A DNA stretch of 57,128 nt from Candidatus Sericytochromatia bacterium (GTDB taxonomy: Bacteria > Cyanobacteriota > Sericytochromatia > S15B-MN24 > VGJW01), in contig JAYKHS010000012.1 in assembly GCA_035285865.1 (NCBI GenBank), forward strand, positions 1-57,128. The letters run 5' to 3'. The notes under the pieces are model-generated. The model was not told where the DNA came from. It saw only the letters and a list, made by a program, of their open reading frames with translations, and made no database searches. Both the position numbers and the translations under genes were made by a program. Shown piece by piece: positions 46,101-54,065 of the stretch. Within the stretch, counting starts at the first letter, position 1. Each line of letters opens with the position of its first letter.

Positions 46101-46547
46101 GAGGCGCTGACGGACCTGGTCGAGCAGGCCGTGCTCCTCGAGTTCGGACGTATTTCCGACCGCGGCGGCGTGCTCGGGGCGATGGAGACGATGTACCAGC
46201 GCGGTCGCATCCAGGAAGAGTCGCTGCACTATGAGCACCTGAAGCACTCGGGCGAGTTGCCCATCATTGGGGTCAACACCTTCCTGAATCCCCACCCGGC
46301 CGATCCCGGCGCCGTCGAACTCATCCGTTCGACCCCGACCGAGAAGCAGCAGCAGATCGACAACCTGGCTGCATTCCGGGCGCGCCACGCCGACCGGGCC
46401 CCCGAAGTGCTCGCCAGTCTGGTGCGGACGGCCCGGTCGGGCGGCAATCTGTTCGAGGAGCTGCTCGAGACGGTGGCCCATTGTTCGCTGGGCCAGATCT
46501 CGGCCACGTTGTACGCTGTCGGCGGCCAGTACCGCCGCTCGATGTAG
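43170..46547 (+). CDS. icmF: Fused isobutyryl-CoA mutase/GTPase IcmF
   Basis: [20 protein letters not shown] (B12 domain), [10 protein letters not shown] (GTPase), [10 protein letters not shown] (Phe specificity position), [13 protein letters not shown]-terminal [11 protein letters not shown] 43170. Confidence 0.96.
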   Translation: MAIEHARQPGKPAALQAPMRFVTAASLFDGHDASINIMRRILQASGAEVIHLGHNRSVDEIVRTAVAEDADAVAVSSYQGGHMEYFAYLVERLRAEGAGHVQVFGGGGGVIVPDEIRALHAAGVRRIFSPDDGRALGLQGMIDHMLEAAGEAGPRPCRPEALAAGEPLELARALSVIERGEDLTLPRSDKPCVVVGFTGTGGAGKSSLVDEVIRRWLETQPGHRVAILSVDPSQRRSGGALLGDRIRMNAIHDPRVYMRSLATREAHVAVSAALPRAIDLLRGAGFDLVIVETAGIGQADSRITDLVDVPVYVMTSEFGAPSQLEKIDMLALARIVVLNKCDKRGSEDALRDVRKQVQRHRGAFDVPVERMPVYGTMASWFDDEGTWVFFEALVTAVREAGLETMPVPPREAAGTARGLLPASRVRYLAEIAETIERDAQRHAADVEAARQAYAAWTMLGNTGVARPPMAVRVSTVPEDPRLAGLVDHYHEALDRLSPEALSLLVTWPETRSAYAAPEFSYTVRDKVLTVPNRTETLSGLSLPRVIVPQYSDWGDVLTWQHRENVPGRYPYTAGVFPFKREGEDPTRMFAGEGTPERTNKRFHYLSSGQPATRLSTAFDSVTLYGEDPAMRPDIHGKIGNSGVSICTVDDMRKLYAGFDLCEPSTSVSMTINGPAPMILAMFLAAAVSQQVERHLLETIGAEAVEARMQALFADKERPRYVLDGQVRTDLLGLATLGADPRELVEPDVFARIRAATLRAVRGTVQADILKEDQAQNTCIFSTEFALRMMGDIQQVFISRDVRNFYSVSISGYHIAEAGANPITQLAFTLANGFTYVEAYLARGMAIDDFAPNLSFFFSNGLDPEYAVIGRVARRIWARAMKLRYGASPRAQMLKYHIQTSGRSLHAQEIDFNDIRTTFQAVYAILDNCNSLHTNAYDEAITTPTEASVRRAMAIQLIINRELGLAKNQNPWQGSAYIEALTDLVEQAVLLEFGRISDRGGVLGAMETMYQRGRIQEESLHYEHLKHSGELPIIGVNTFLNPHPADPGAVELIRSTPTEKQQQIDNLAAFRARHADRAPEVLASLVRTARSGGNLFEELLETVAHCSLGQISATLYAVGGQYRRSM

Positions 46548-46555
46548 GAGGTCCC

Positions 46556-46957
46556 ATGTCCTCGACCTTGCGGGTGCTCATCGGCAAGCCAGGCCTCGAC
46601 GGCCACGATCGCGGGGCCAAGGTCGTCGCGCGTGCGTTGCGGGACGCGGGCATGGAGGTGATCTACACCGGTTTGCACCAGACGCCGGACGAAATCGTGA
46701 CGACGGCCATTCAGGAAGATGTGTCGGTCATCGGCCTGTCCTTGCTGTCGGGCGCGCACATGACGCTGGTGCCGGCCGTGCTCGACCGCCTGCGCGCGCG
46801 CGAGGCAGCGGACATCCGCGTCCTGGTCGGCGGGATCATCCCTCCGGAGGATGCCGAAGAACTCGTTCGCCTGGGTGTGCTCGGCGTGTTCGGTCCCGGT
46901 ACGCCCACGGCGCGTATCGTCGAGGCCGTGCAGGCCGGCGCGGCTGCCGTCTCGTGA
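46556..46957 (+). CDS. Stand-alone cobalamin-binding mutase small subunit
   Basis: KPGLDGHDRGAKVVARALRDAGMEVIY, SLLSGAH, GGIIP; AGGAGG SD. Confidence 0.94.
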   Translation: MSSTLRVLIGKPGLDGHDRGAKVVARALRDAGMEVIYTGLHQTPDEIVTTAIQEDVSVIGLSLLSGAHMTLVPAVLDRLRAREAADIRVLVGGIIPPEDAEELVRLGVLGVFGPGTPTARIVEAVQAGAAAVS

Positions 46958-47313
46958 AGGTCGCCGTCGCCCGCCTGCTGGGGCATCTACCTGCCGCTGC
47001 CTCGCTCAAGGACAAGCGTCGGGTGGTGCGCAGCGTGCTCGATCGGCTGCGCGTGCATCACCACGTGGCTGCTGCCGAGACAGCCGCCCAGGACAAGTGG
47101 CAGCGCATCGAGCTTGGGCTGGCCTATGTCTCGGGCGAGAGCGGACATGCCCGCACGGTGCTCGAAGCTGCCTGTGAGGCGGTGGTCCGGGAGCGTCCTG
47201 ATGTGACGTGGGTGATCGAGGCCCTGGAGGTCATCGACCCACTGGCCCAGGCGCGCTACGAAGGGGCGGCGCCATGGTCCGACGTGCCGGATGCGGACGA
47301 CCGCGAGGACTGA
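46954..47313 (+). CDS. DUF503 (YlxP-like) protein
   Basis: SLKDKRRVVRS...AAAE...QDKWQRIELG; GTGA overlap with the upstream gene. Confidence 0.85.
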   Translation: MKVAVARLLGHLPAAASLKDKRRVVRSVLDRLRVHHHVAAAETAAQDKWQRIELGLAYVSGESGHARTVLEAACEAVVRERPDVTWVIEALEVIDPLAQARYEGAAPWSDVPDADDRED

Positions 47314-47652
47314 ACCAGCCGCCACTTGCCCGGGCGTCCCCGGAGCCGTGGGCGACCGGGATGCGGGGGTAGTCCGCGCCGCAGCACCAGACTGAGCAGC
47401 CAGCGTACCCGGACCGGCAAGTAGGGACGCGCCAGAAGCCAGGCGCGAAGCCAGGACGCCAACCGTGCCGGGCGCAGCTGGCGGTCCGGGAAGCGGATGC
47501 GGGCTGTCGCGCGCAGCCAGACAATCAGGGATGTCGCCTCGTGGGACACGGGATTCTGCTCTGGTTCTCGAACGACGGGCTGGGTTGATGGAAGGAAAGG
47601 ATTGCCTGTTGTGCGGTCACCACACGGGCGTCTTTGACCATTGTAGGGTTAA

Positions 47653-48063
47653 GTGCCCGATTCTTCGCCAGCATTCGGCGAGGCCTTGCGTCGCGAGCGT
47701 GAGGCCCGCGGGTGGAGTCTGCGCGAACTGGCGCGGCATGCCGGGGTTTCCTTCGGTCGCCTGGCCGAACTCGAGCGGGGCCGCGATGCGCACACGGACC
47801 GACCCGTCGCCCCGGGCTATCGGGCCACCGTGAAGATCGCCGCTGCGTTGGGCCAGGACCCCGCGGACTGGCTCGCGCGGGCCGGTCATGCCCCTGGTCC
47901 CGAACTGACGGCAGAGGAGTGGCGCGTCCTGGGCAAGATCAGGCGTCTGCCGGAGGATGAGCGGCGGCAACTGCTGGCCCAATGGGAAGCGGCGCTCGAT
48001 GCGTGGATCGAGCGCCGGGTTTCTCAAGCCGGTAGCGTCCTGGACGTCAGCGAGCCCAGCTGA
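47653..48063 (+). CDS. Xre-family HTH transcriptional regulator
   Basis: FGEALRREREARGWSLRELARHAGVSFGRLAELERG. Confidence 0.85.
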   Translation: MPDSSPAFGEALRREREARGWSLRELARHAGVSFGRLAELERGRDAHTDRPVAPGYRATVKIAAALGQDPADWLARAGHAPGPELTAEEWRVLGKIRRLPEDERRQLLAQWEAALDAWIERRVSQAGSVLDVSEPS

Positions 48064-49429
48064 TCTGCGGCACACCCGCCTGTCCCGTGCGCGGGTCGAC
48101 GGCCTGCCGGATGGCGATGGAGCGACCGGTGCCGGTCTGCACCGTGCGCTCGGCCACGCGGGTACCTGCCAGACCGAGGTCCGGCCCCTTCGCGACGCCC
48201 GGGTTGTCGGCGATGGCAATCGCCAGCTTGGCGATGGGCAGATTCTCCTTCATGAACTGGGGCATCTTCTTGAACGGGGGATCGAAACCATCGCTCCAGC
48301 CGCCGACCTCGATGGTGAAGCCCAGCATGCCCAGCTTGCCGTAGACATAGTCCGTGTCGTCGCCGCTCGTGAAGTACAACTCGCTGCCTTGCTCGGGCTT
48401 GTAGCCGGAAACTTGGCCCATCTTCTTGCCGATGGCCGGCAGGCGATCGTCGGCAGGTGCCTCGTCCGAGTCGTTCCAGGGCCACATCACGAGGTTGCTG
48501 AAGCTGTGCCAGGTGATCAGCATCGTGTGCTTGCGGCTGGTGTAGAGCTTCTGCATGGCCTGGGTCTCAGGCTCCGAGAAGGGGCCGGGCCCACCGTAGG
48601 TCGCTCCGCTGGGCCGGTGGTCCGTCCCGGTCGAGCCCCAGTTGCGGTCATCGTAGTTGCGGTTCAGGTCCACGCCGATGCCGTTGGGAGCCGACCCGCT
48701 GCCGCCGTACTTGGGATTGGCATTCTTCCGCCAGTCCTGACCCTTCTCGGCGCGGACGCGACCATCGGGGTTGACGAACGGCGTCACCCAGATCTCGCGA
48801 TTCTCGACCGCGTAGGTGGCCTCGGCGTCCTTACCGTACTCGGTGACCAGCCAGTTGGCGAGGTTCATCACGATCTCGGCCGTGACGATCTCGCGGGCGT
48901 GGTTCTCGCCCGTGAAGAGCAGGGATGGCTTCTGGCTGCCGTCACCCTTGCCCACGCGCAGCGACAGGATGGGGCGGCCCTCGACGGACTTGCCGAGCTC
49001 TACCAGCGTGCAGCGGTCGGGGAAGCGCTGGGCCAGATCGCGCAGTTCGGCCATCCCCTGATCGTAGGTGCGGTAGCCCTTGTCGAAGGAGTTCATGCCG
49101 TGGATGTTCGGCAGCTTGACGACGGAAAGGCCCCACCTGCGCACCAGCTCCCACGACTCCCGATTCAAGGTGCCGCGCACGCGGCTGACCTTGCCCTCGA
49201 ACTGGGCCGAATGGACCCACAGATCCATCCCGGCCTTGGTCAACTCGAGCAGTTGCGGCTTCGTCGCATTGAACAGGTCGACGGCCACGAGTCCGTCACC
49301 GGCGGCGAAGGCCTGCTGGACCTGAGCGTTGCCGCTGCGCGGGGCCCAGCCCGTCTGGGCCTGGGGAGCGCCGCAGGCGGAGAGCGCCAGCATCGAGGCG
49401 AGTGCGAGGCCCAAGGGGCGTAGGCGCAT
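48047..49429 (-). CDS. M14 zinc carboxypeptidase (carboxypeptidase T-like), lipoprotein
   Basis: Lipobox LSAC; HARE, NPDG, RKN, GVDLNRN, SEPET, HSF, FTIE. Confidence 0.93.
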   Translation of the reverse strand: MRLRPLGLALASMLALSACGAPQAQTGWAPRSGNAQVQQAFAAGDGLVAVDLFNATKPQLLELTKAGMDLWVHSAQFEGKVSRVRGTLNRESWELVRRWGLSVVKLPNIHGMNSFDKGYRTYDQGMAELRDLAQRFPDRCTLVELGKSVEGRPILSLRVGKGDGSQKPSLLFTGENHAREIVTAEIVMNLANWLVTEYGKDAEATYAVENREIWVTPFVNPDGRVRAEKGQDWRKNANPKYGGSGSAPNGIGVDLNRNYDDRNWGSTGTDHRPSGATYGGPGPFSEPETQAMQKLYTSRKHTMLITWHSFSNLVMWPWNDSDEAPADDRLPAIGKKMGQVSGYKPEQGSELYFTSGDDTDYVYGKLGMLGFTIEVGGWSDGFDPPFKKMPQFMKENLPIAKLAIAIADNPGVAKGPDLGLAGTRVAERTVQTGTGRSIAIRQAVDPRTGQAGVPQISWAR

Positions 49430-49482
49430 GGGGTGGTCTCCGGAAAAAGGTATCAAGGGAGGCTGACCCGAGCGTACAAGAA

Positions 49483-49532
49483 TAGTTAAGACGAGGGAAA
49501 GGGGCGGCTAAGGGATTTAACAAAGATTTATC
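49483..49532 (-). promoter_or_regulatory. TTAA-box repeats upstream of the M14 peptidase
   Basis: Minus strand GATAAATC-ttt-GTTAAATC ... CTTAGCCG ... CTTAACTA; GATTTAACAA (49514-49523) is identical to 38119-38128. Confidence 0.4.
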
Positions 49533-50553
49533 AGGACATGGAGAAGAAGCCGCGCTGATCGTCCCATCCCCAATCCCACGCCATCCGTTCGGGCTCCCGA
49601 CGGACGGCCAGCCAGGTGCGCGGCACGGTGGCCGAAACGTGGATGCGTCCGTGTTCCGGGGCTGAGACCCGCAAGGTCGGTACGAGCTGGGCCCATGCCT
49701 CGAGATCCGGGTCGTCCGCCGGAGCCTGTGGGCGAACCAGCATCAGGGGGGCTTCCAGACGCTTCTGAAGGGACCGGATACCGGCCAGCAGCGGCCGAAT
49801 CTCCTGGCCAGCCGAGACGTCCTCGGGCCACGTCAGAAGGAGACCTCCCGGCCCCTCTGGCGGAGCGGCATTCTTGCGTGCCATTCGGGCGTGCCCCACG
49901 ACGACGAGCGCCACGGGCGGCTGGTCGTCGGCGACAAGGCGTTTGGCCAACGATTCTGTCGTGTCCCAGCCTCGAAGCGACACGAGCCTGAGGTTGTCCC
50001 GAACCGGTCGATAGGCCTCGGCCAGTGCGCGGGCGCGCACGAGGTCCAGGCCGGATGTGGAGGCCTTGAGCCGTGCCAGCGTCCGGACCGTGAGTTCGCG
50101 GACGGGGGCGTGGTGGCTGACGAACGTTGCCCGGCGCGTCCGAGCGACGTGTACGGCCAGCTGGTGGGCCACTTCGCCGACGAGGGGCCAAGGGCCTTCC
50201 AGCAAGTAGCACCGCGGCCAAAGGCCGCCCCACGCGCGGTCGAGATCGGGCAGGCCGAATCGCCGGTACTCCGGCAGGGGCGTTCCGGATTCCGGTTCGG
50301 CCTGATGGGCCGGAACCTGTTCCCGGATGAGGACGCTGAAGGGATCCTCGACCCGCGCGTTGAATCGCGTCCGGTCATTCCCGAGCCGACCGGGCGCCTG
50401 TTCCGACGGCGTCTGGGGCGGGGCGAGCGAGCGCTGCTCCGGTTCGCGACTGCGCCAGCGCGGATCCTCGGGTTCAATGCCAAGGTTGTCCCGCCGCGGC
50501 TCCATGGATCGGCCATATTGCGAGCCGGGTTCCTGAAGCGGGTCAAGCCCCAC
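49531..50553 (-). CDS. Degenerate DnaB/RecA-fold-like protein lacking Walker A
   Basis: FGLPDLDRAWGGLWPRCYLLEG...AHQLAVHVA...ATFVSHHAPVRELTVRTLA parallels the DnaB C-terminal domain; no GKT. Confidence 0.55.
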   Translation of the reverse strand: MGLDPLQEPGSQYGRSMEPRRDNLGIEPEDPRWRSREPEQRSLAPPQTPSEQAPGRLGNDRTRFNARVEDPFSVLIREQVPAHQAEPESGTPLPEYRRFGLPDLDRAWGGLWPRCYLLEGPWPLVGEVAHQLAVHVARTRRATFVSHHAPVRELTVRTLARLKASTSGLDLVRARALAEAYRPVRDNLRLVSLRGWDTTESLAKRLVADDQPPVALVVVGHARMARKNAAPPEGPGGLLLTWPEDVSAGQEIRPLLAGIRSLQKRLEAPLMLVRPQAPADDPDLEAWAQLVPTLRVSAPEHGRIHVSATVPRTWLAVRREPERMAWDWGWDDQRGFFSMS

Positions 50554-50562
50554 GGTTCAACT

Positions 50563-50946
50563 TCAGGAGCCGAGGCGGCGCTTGAGGTCCTCGAAGGAGA
50601 GACCGTCTGCCGCCAGGCCACGTGCCACGAAGTCCACCAGTTCCGGCGCGTGTCGACCAAGACGGACCGGGCGCTCGAGGTTTCGCGAGAGGGCCTTCTG
50701 GATCAGGTCGGCAAGGCCGGCGGCATCCCGCACCAGATCGCCTGCCGTGCCGGGGGGGGGCTGGATGCGCGCCATCCGACCCAGTTCGAGGCGATCGGTG
50801 GCCGGCGCACGGCGTTGGCCGGCCGCACGTTCGGGTGCCTGCCCGGACTTGGCGTCCCCTTGAGACAACCGACCCGTATCGGGACGACGACCGGAAATCC
50901 GGGGACCGAACGGGCCGGTAGGACCCGAGCCTTGGATGCCGCTCAT
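50563..50946 (-). CDS. Hypothetical protein (127 aa)
   Basis: GAGGGAGGG SD before ATG 50946; MSGIQGSGP...TDRLELG. Confidence 0.65.
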   Translation of the reverse strand: MSGIQGSGPTGPFGPRISGRRPDTGRLSQGDAKSGQAPERAAGQRRAPATDRLELGRMARIQPPPGTAGDLVRDAAGLADLIQKALSRNLERPVRLGRHAPELVDFVARGLAADGLSFEDLKRRLGS

Positions 50947-51017
50947 GAAACCCTCCCTCGTCAGGAAGTCGCACCCCTCCACCTTGCGCTTGCTGATTTT
51001 AATCGACATTTCATGCA

Positions 51018-52157
51018 TCACCACGCGGCGTTCCGGGCGTCTTCCACCAACGTGCGGACCTTGCCGCGGCCGAGGTCGAGAACGGCGAGATGCGTCCCCT
51101 CCGTGACCTCCTGGCCGAGCAGGTTCGTTTCGAAGAGCACGGAGCTGCCGTACGGGGCGAAGACTGGCCGTCGTGCAAAGGCCCCCTGCGAAAGCTTCAG
51201 GGCCCGGGTGGGCTGCGGTGCCTCCACGGCCATCTCGTAGAGGGTCCACGGGCCATCATGGTTGCTGGCGAAGACGAGCCGGCGTCCGTCCGGACTCCAC
51301 GTAGGTTCAAGGGCATTGAAGCCGCGCAGGAGTACCTGTTCATGGCCGCTGGTAGCCTGGCGGCGCCAGATTTCCCACGTGCGTCCGGTGAAGAGCCTTG
51401 CCCATGCAAGCCAACGGCCATCCCGAGACCATGCTGGATCCTGGTCGGTTCCGGCGCTCACCAGATCGCGGTGCGTCCCGGTGAACGCATCGATGATGCG
51501 GATCTCGCGACGCATCCGGTTGTTCGTCGAGGCTGCCTGCGTCAGGACGAGAGCTCGGCCGTCGGGAACCCAGCGCAACTGGTCCACAGCGTCGCTTATC
51601 GGGCCCAGTGTCCGAAGGGGACGTCCGTCCGCGTGACGGATGAGAATGCGGGTTCCATTGGGGATGCGCTCGAGGCAGGCGAACCGGGTGCGGTCCGGAT
51701 GCCAAGTCGGTGCATCCAACGGATGACCATCCGGAGTGGCCAGCGGGGTGAAGGCCTGCGTCTGGGGATCGACACTCCAGATGCCATCTTGATGCACGCA
51801 CAACACCCTGTCGTCCATGGTCGCCGCATCCGTCGGTCCCAGGAAGACTTCGACGCGTCGGGACTCGCCGCGGTCCAGCCGGATTCCGCGGGCATAACGA
51901 TGGTGTCCCTCGGCCTCGACCGCGATGTCGACGCGTGCCGCCGGGCGTTCGGTCGTGACTCGACCCTCGGCATCCGTCAGAGCCTCGAGCGGTTGGCGCC
52001 CCGTCATCCTGAAGGTCACGCGAGCCCCCTCGAGTGGAGCTTCCGACACGCTGTCCCGGACCTCGATGTCCAGCTGGTTCGGTGGCCCCGAGCCGTCCCG
52101 CAGGCACCCCGCGAGCAGCAGGGGCAGCAGCAGGGGGAGGGAACGCATTGGGCTCAT
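51018..52157 (-). CDS. Lipoprotein with carboxypeptidase-regulatory-like domain and TolB/PD40 propeller
   Basis: LLAGC lipobox, PLEGARV...TDAEG, PTWHPD/PAWSRDG/PTWSPDG repeats. Confidence 0.85.
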   Translation of the reverse strand: MSPMRSLPLLLPLLLAGCLRDGSGPPNQLDIEVRDSVSEAPLEGARVTFRMTGRQPLEALTDAEGRVTTERPAARVDIAVEAEGHHRYARGIRLDRGESRRVEVFLGPTDAATMDDRVLCVHQDGIWSVDPQTQAFTPLATPDGHPLDAPTWHPDRTRFACLERIPNGTRILIRHADGRPLRTLGPISDAVDQLRWVPDGRALVLTQAASTNNRMRREIRIIDAFTGTHRDLVSAGTDQDPAWSRDGRWLAWARLFTGRTWEIWRRQATSGHEQVLLRGFNALEPTWSPDGRRLVFASNHDGPWTLYEMAVEAPQPTRALKLSQGAFARRPVFAPYGSSVLFETNLLGQEVTEGTHLAVLDLGRGKVRTLVEDARNAAW

Positions 52158-53950
52158 GGCAGGGGGAATTCGACGCGCACGGGAGCAACGGGACCCCAGA
52201 GGCGCGACTCACGGGATCGGATGTTCCATCCTGTCGTGGAGACGACATTCAGGTCGGTGCCCGTCACCACGCCGAGGCTGTCCCGACTCATCCGCCCGAG
52301 CGCGAGGGGCGAGCCGGGAATGTCGAGCTTGCGCAGCGTCCTCAGGCCATCGCCCGAGAGGTGGACAAGGCTGGTGCCCCCGGTTGCCGGACGACAAAGC
52401 ACGGCGATGTCGCCGTCGACACCGAGCGTATGGAAGGCGATGACCGGATGCTGCAGGTCGATGACCCGAATCTCCGGTCCGCGGAACCGCGGGTCGGGTC
52501 GGCCGGTCTCGAGGCGGAGCTGCCCGTGTTCCAGCGTCAGGAAGCCACCCTTCCACGGGGTACTGTGCCACGGCCGAAACGGATGGCCCGTCTGGTCCGG
52601 TCGATCGAATCCTGCTCGCCACGCCCCGGAGGCCAAATCAAGATCCGCCACGACCGTCTTGCCGTACCCGACCAGCACGCGATCGGCGACGCGTTCCAGC
52701 ATCAGGTCGAAGCCACCGAGGCTCTCGTTGCGGTAGTTCCGCACTGTTTGAAAGCGCGTCGGGGAGGTCGGGGCCAGATCGATCCAGCGCAGTTCGCCAC
52801 GTGTCGGCAGGTGCACAAGCAGAGCTTGGCGCTCCGGCAGGCGCAACCAGTTCTCGGGCGGTGCGGGCAAGGCGATGCGGCTCTGCAGGCGTGGTTGCCC
52901 CGGCCAGCGCACCTCGATACGGTCCTTGAATGCGGCCAGAAGGGGTGCGCCTACAGGCAGGATGTCTGCTGGCGGGGCGGGAGGCCTTGGCACGGCACGT
53001 CTTGCCCATGCCGGCGATACTCCCCCTGTGCCGAGGACCACGGAAATGGCGATAGCCACAGCCACCGGCCCCGTCATGCGATGCAGGGGGCGTGCGTGGG
53101 CCCACCGATCGTGTATCCAGAGCCAGAGTTCCGGCCGGTCCGCAATCCAGCCTGCGAAGCGGTCCATCATGGCCTGAGCCAGGGCAGCGTCATCCTGCAT
53201 CGGGTCGATCGGCCTTTCGATGGCCAGCAGGTGCGTGTCATCGTGCTGACGCACCATCCGCGCAGGCACCAGTGCTGCGCCGGTACGCCGCGCGAGTTGG
53301 AAGGCACCTGTCGGCACCTGCACTTCATGCCCGAGGAACGTCGCCGTAACCGTGCTGCCCTCCCCGTGCTGGTCGCACACGAGGCCCACGAGGCCGCCTG
53401 CCGCGAGGGTCGCAAGCACCGGCCTCAGCGAGGCGGGACCCACGTTGGAGTGGGCGCGGACGCCTGCATCCTCGTGCAACTCGTCGAAGAGCCGACGGAA
53501 GGCCGGTTGCGTGGGCGGCTGGATCAGGACCGTCATCGGGGCCACGTCTCGCGAGAGCGCCGCAGCAAGTAGTTCCCAGTTGCCGTAGTGGGCCGTGAGG
53601 ATGATGGCTCCCTTGCCGGCTGCAAGTGCCTGGAGCAGATGGTCCTGCCCGTCGAGGCGCACGGCAGAGGCGCACGGCGTGGACCAGAGGGGCATGCGAA
53701 GCAGTTCGACGATGGAGGCGAGCGTTTCCCGGACGGACTGCCGGGCCACGTCACGGATGCGGTGCTCCGGCCAGTCAGGCCAGGCAGCCCGCACGTGACC
53801 GGGCACGAAGTCACCGTGGCCGACCAGGCGTGCCAGGTGCCACAGGCCGTCACCAAGACGCCGACCGGTCGACATGGCGAGGGGCCTCGGCAGGGCGCAG
53901 GCCAGCCGGCGCAGCAGGCGCATCGTGGTGTAGAGCATGACGACGGTCAC
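52154..53950 (-). CDS. Lipid A lauroyl/myristoyl acyltransferase (LpxL/HtrB-like) with long C-terminal extension
   Basis: GKGAIILTAHYGNWE, GLVCDQ, FLG, PELWLWIHDRW, then about 310 extra residues starting with a hydrophobic helix. Confidence 0.85.
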   Translation of the reverse strand: MTVVMLYTTMRLLRRLACALPRPLAMSTGRRLGDGLWHLARLVGHGDFVPGHVRAAWPDWPEHRIRDVARQSVRETLASIVELLRMPLWSTPCASAVRLDGQDHLLQALAAGKGAIILTAHYGNWELLAAALSRDVAPMTVLIQPPTQPAFRRLFDELHEDAGVRAHSNVGPASLRPVLATLAAGGLVGLVCDQHGEGSTVTATFLGHEVQVPTGAFQLARRTGAALVPARMVRQHDDTHLLAIERPIDPMQDDAALAQAMMDRFAGWIADRPELWLWIHDRWAHARPLHRMTGPVAVAIAISVVLGTGGVSPAWARRAVPRPPAPPADILPVGAPLLAAFKDRIEVRWPGQPRLQSRIALPAPPENWLRLPERQALLVHLPTRGELRWIDLAPTSPTRFQTVRNYRNESLGGFDLMLERVADRVLVGYGKTVVADLDLASGAWRAGFDRPDQTGHPFRPWHSTPWKGGFLTLEHGQLRLETGRPDPRFRGPEIRVIDLQHPVIAFHTLGVDGDIAVLCRPATGGTSLVHLSGDGLRTLRKLDIPGSPLALGRMSRDSLGVVTGTDLNVVSTTGWNIRSRESRLWGPVAPVRVEFPLP

Positions 53951-54065
53951 TGCGGAGCCGCCCGGTTCGCGCCAACATGTCGGGCACACAGGGCATCAGG
54001 TCCGCACGAGCCAGTGTACCCCGGCCAAGCGTGCAGGCACGGGCGTGCGGAACTGGAGAACATTC

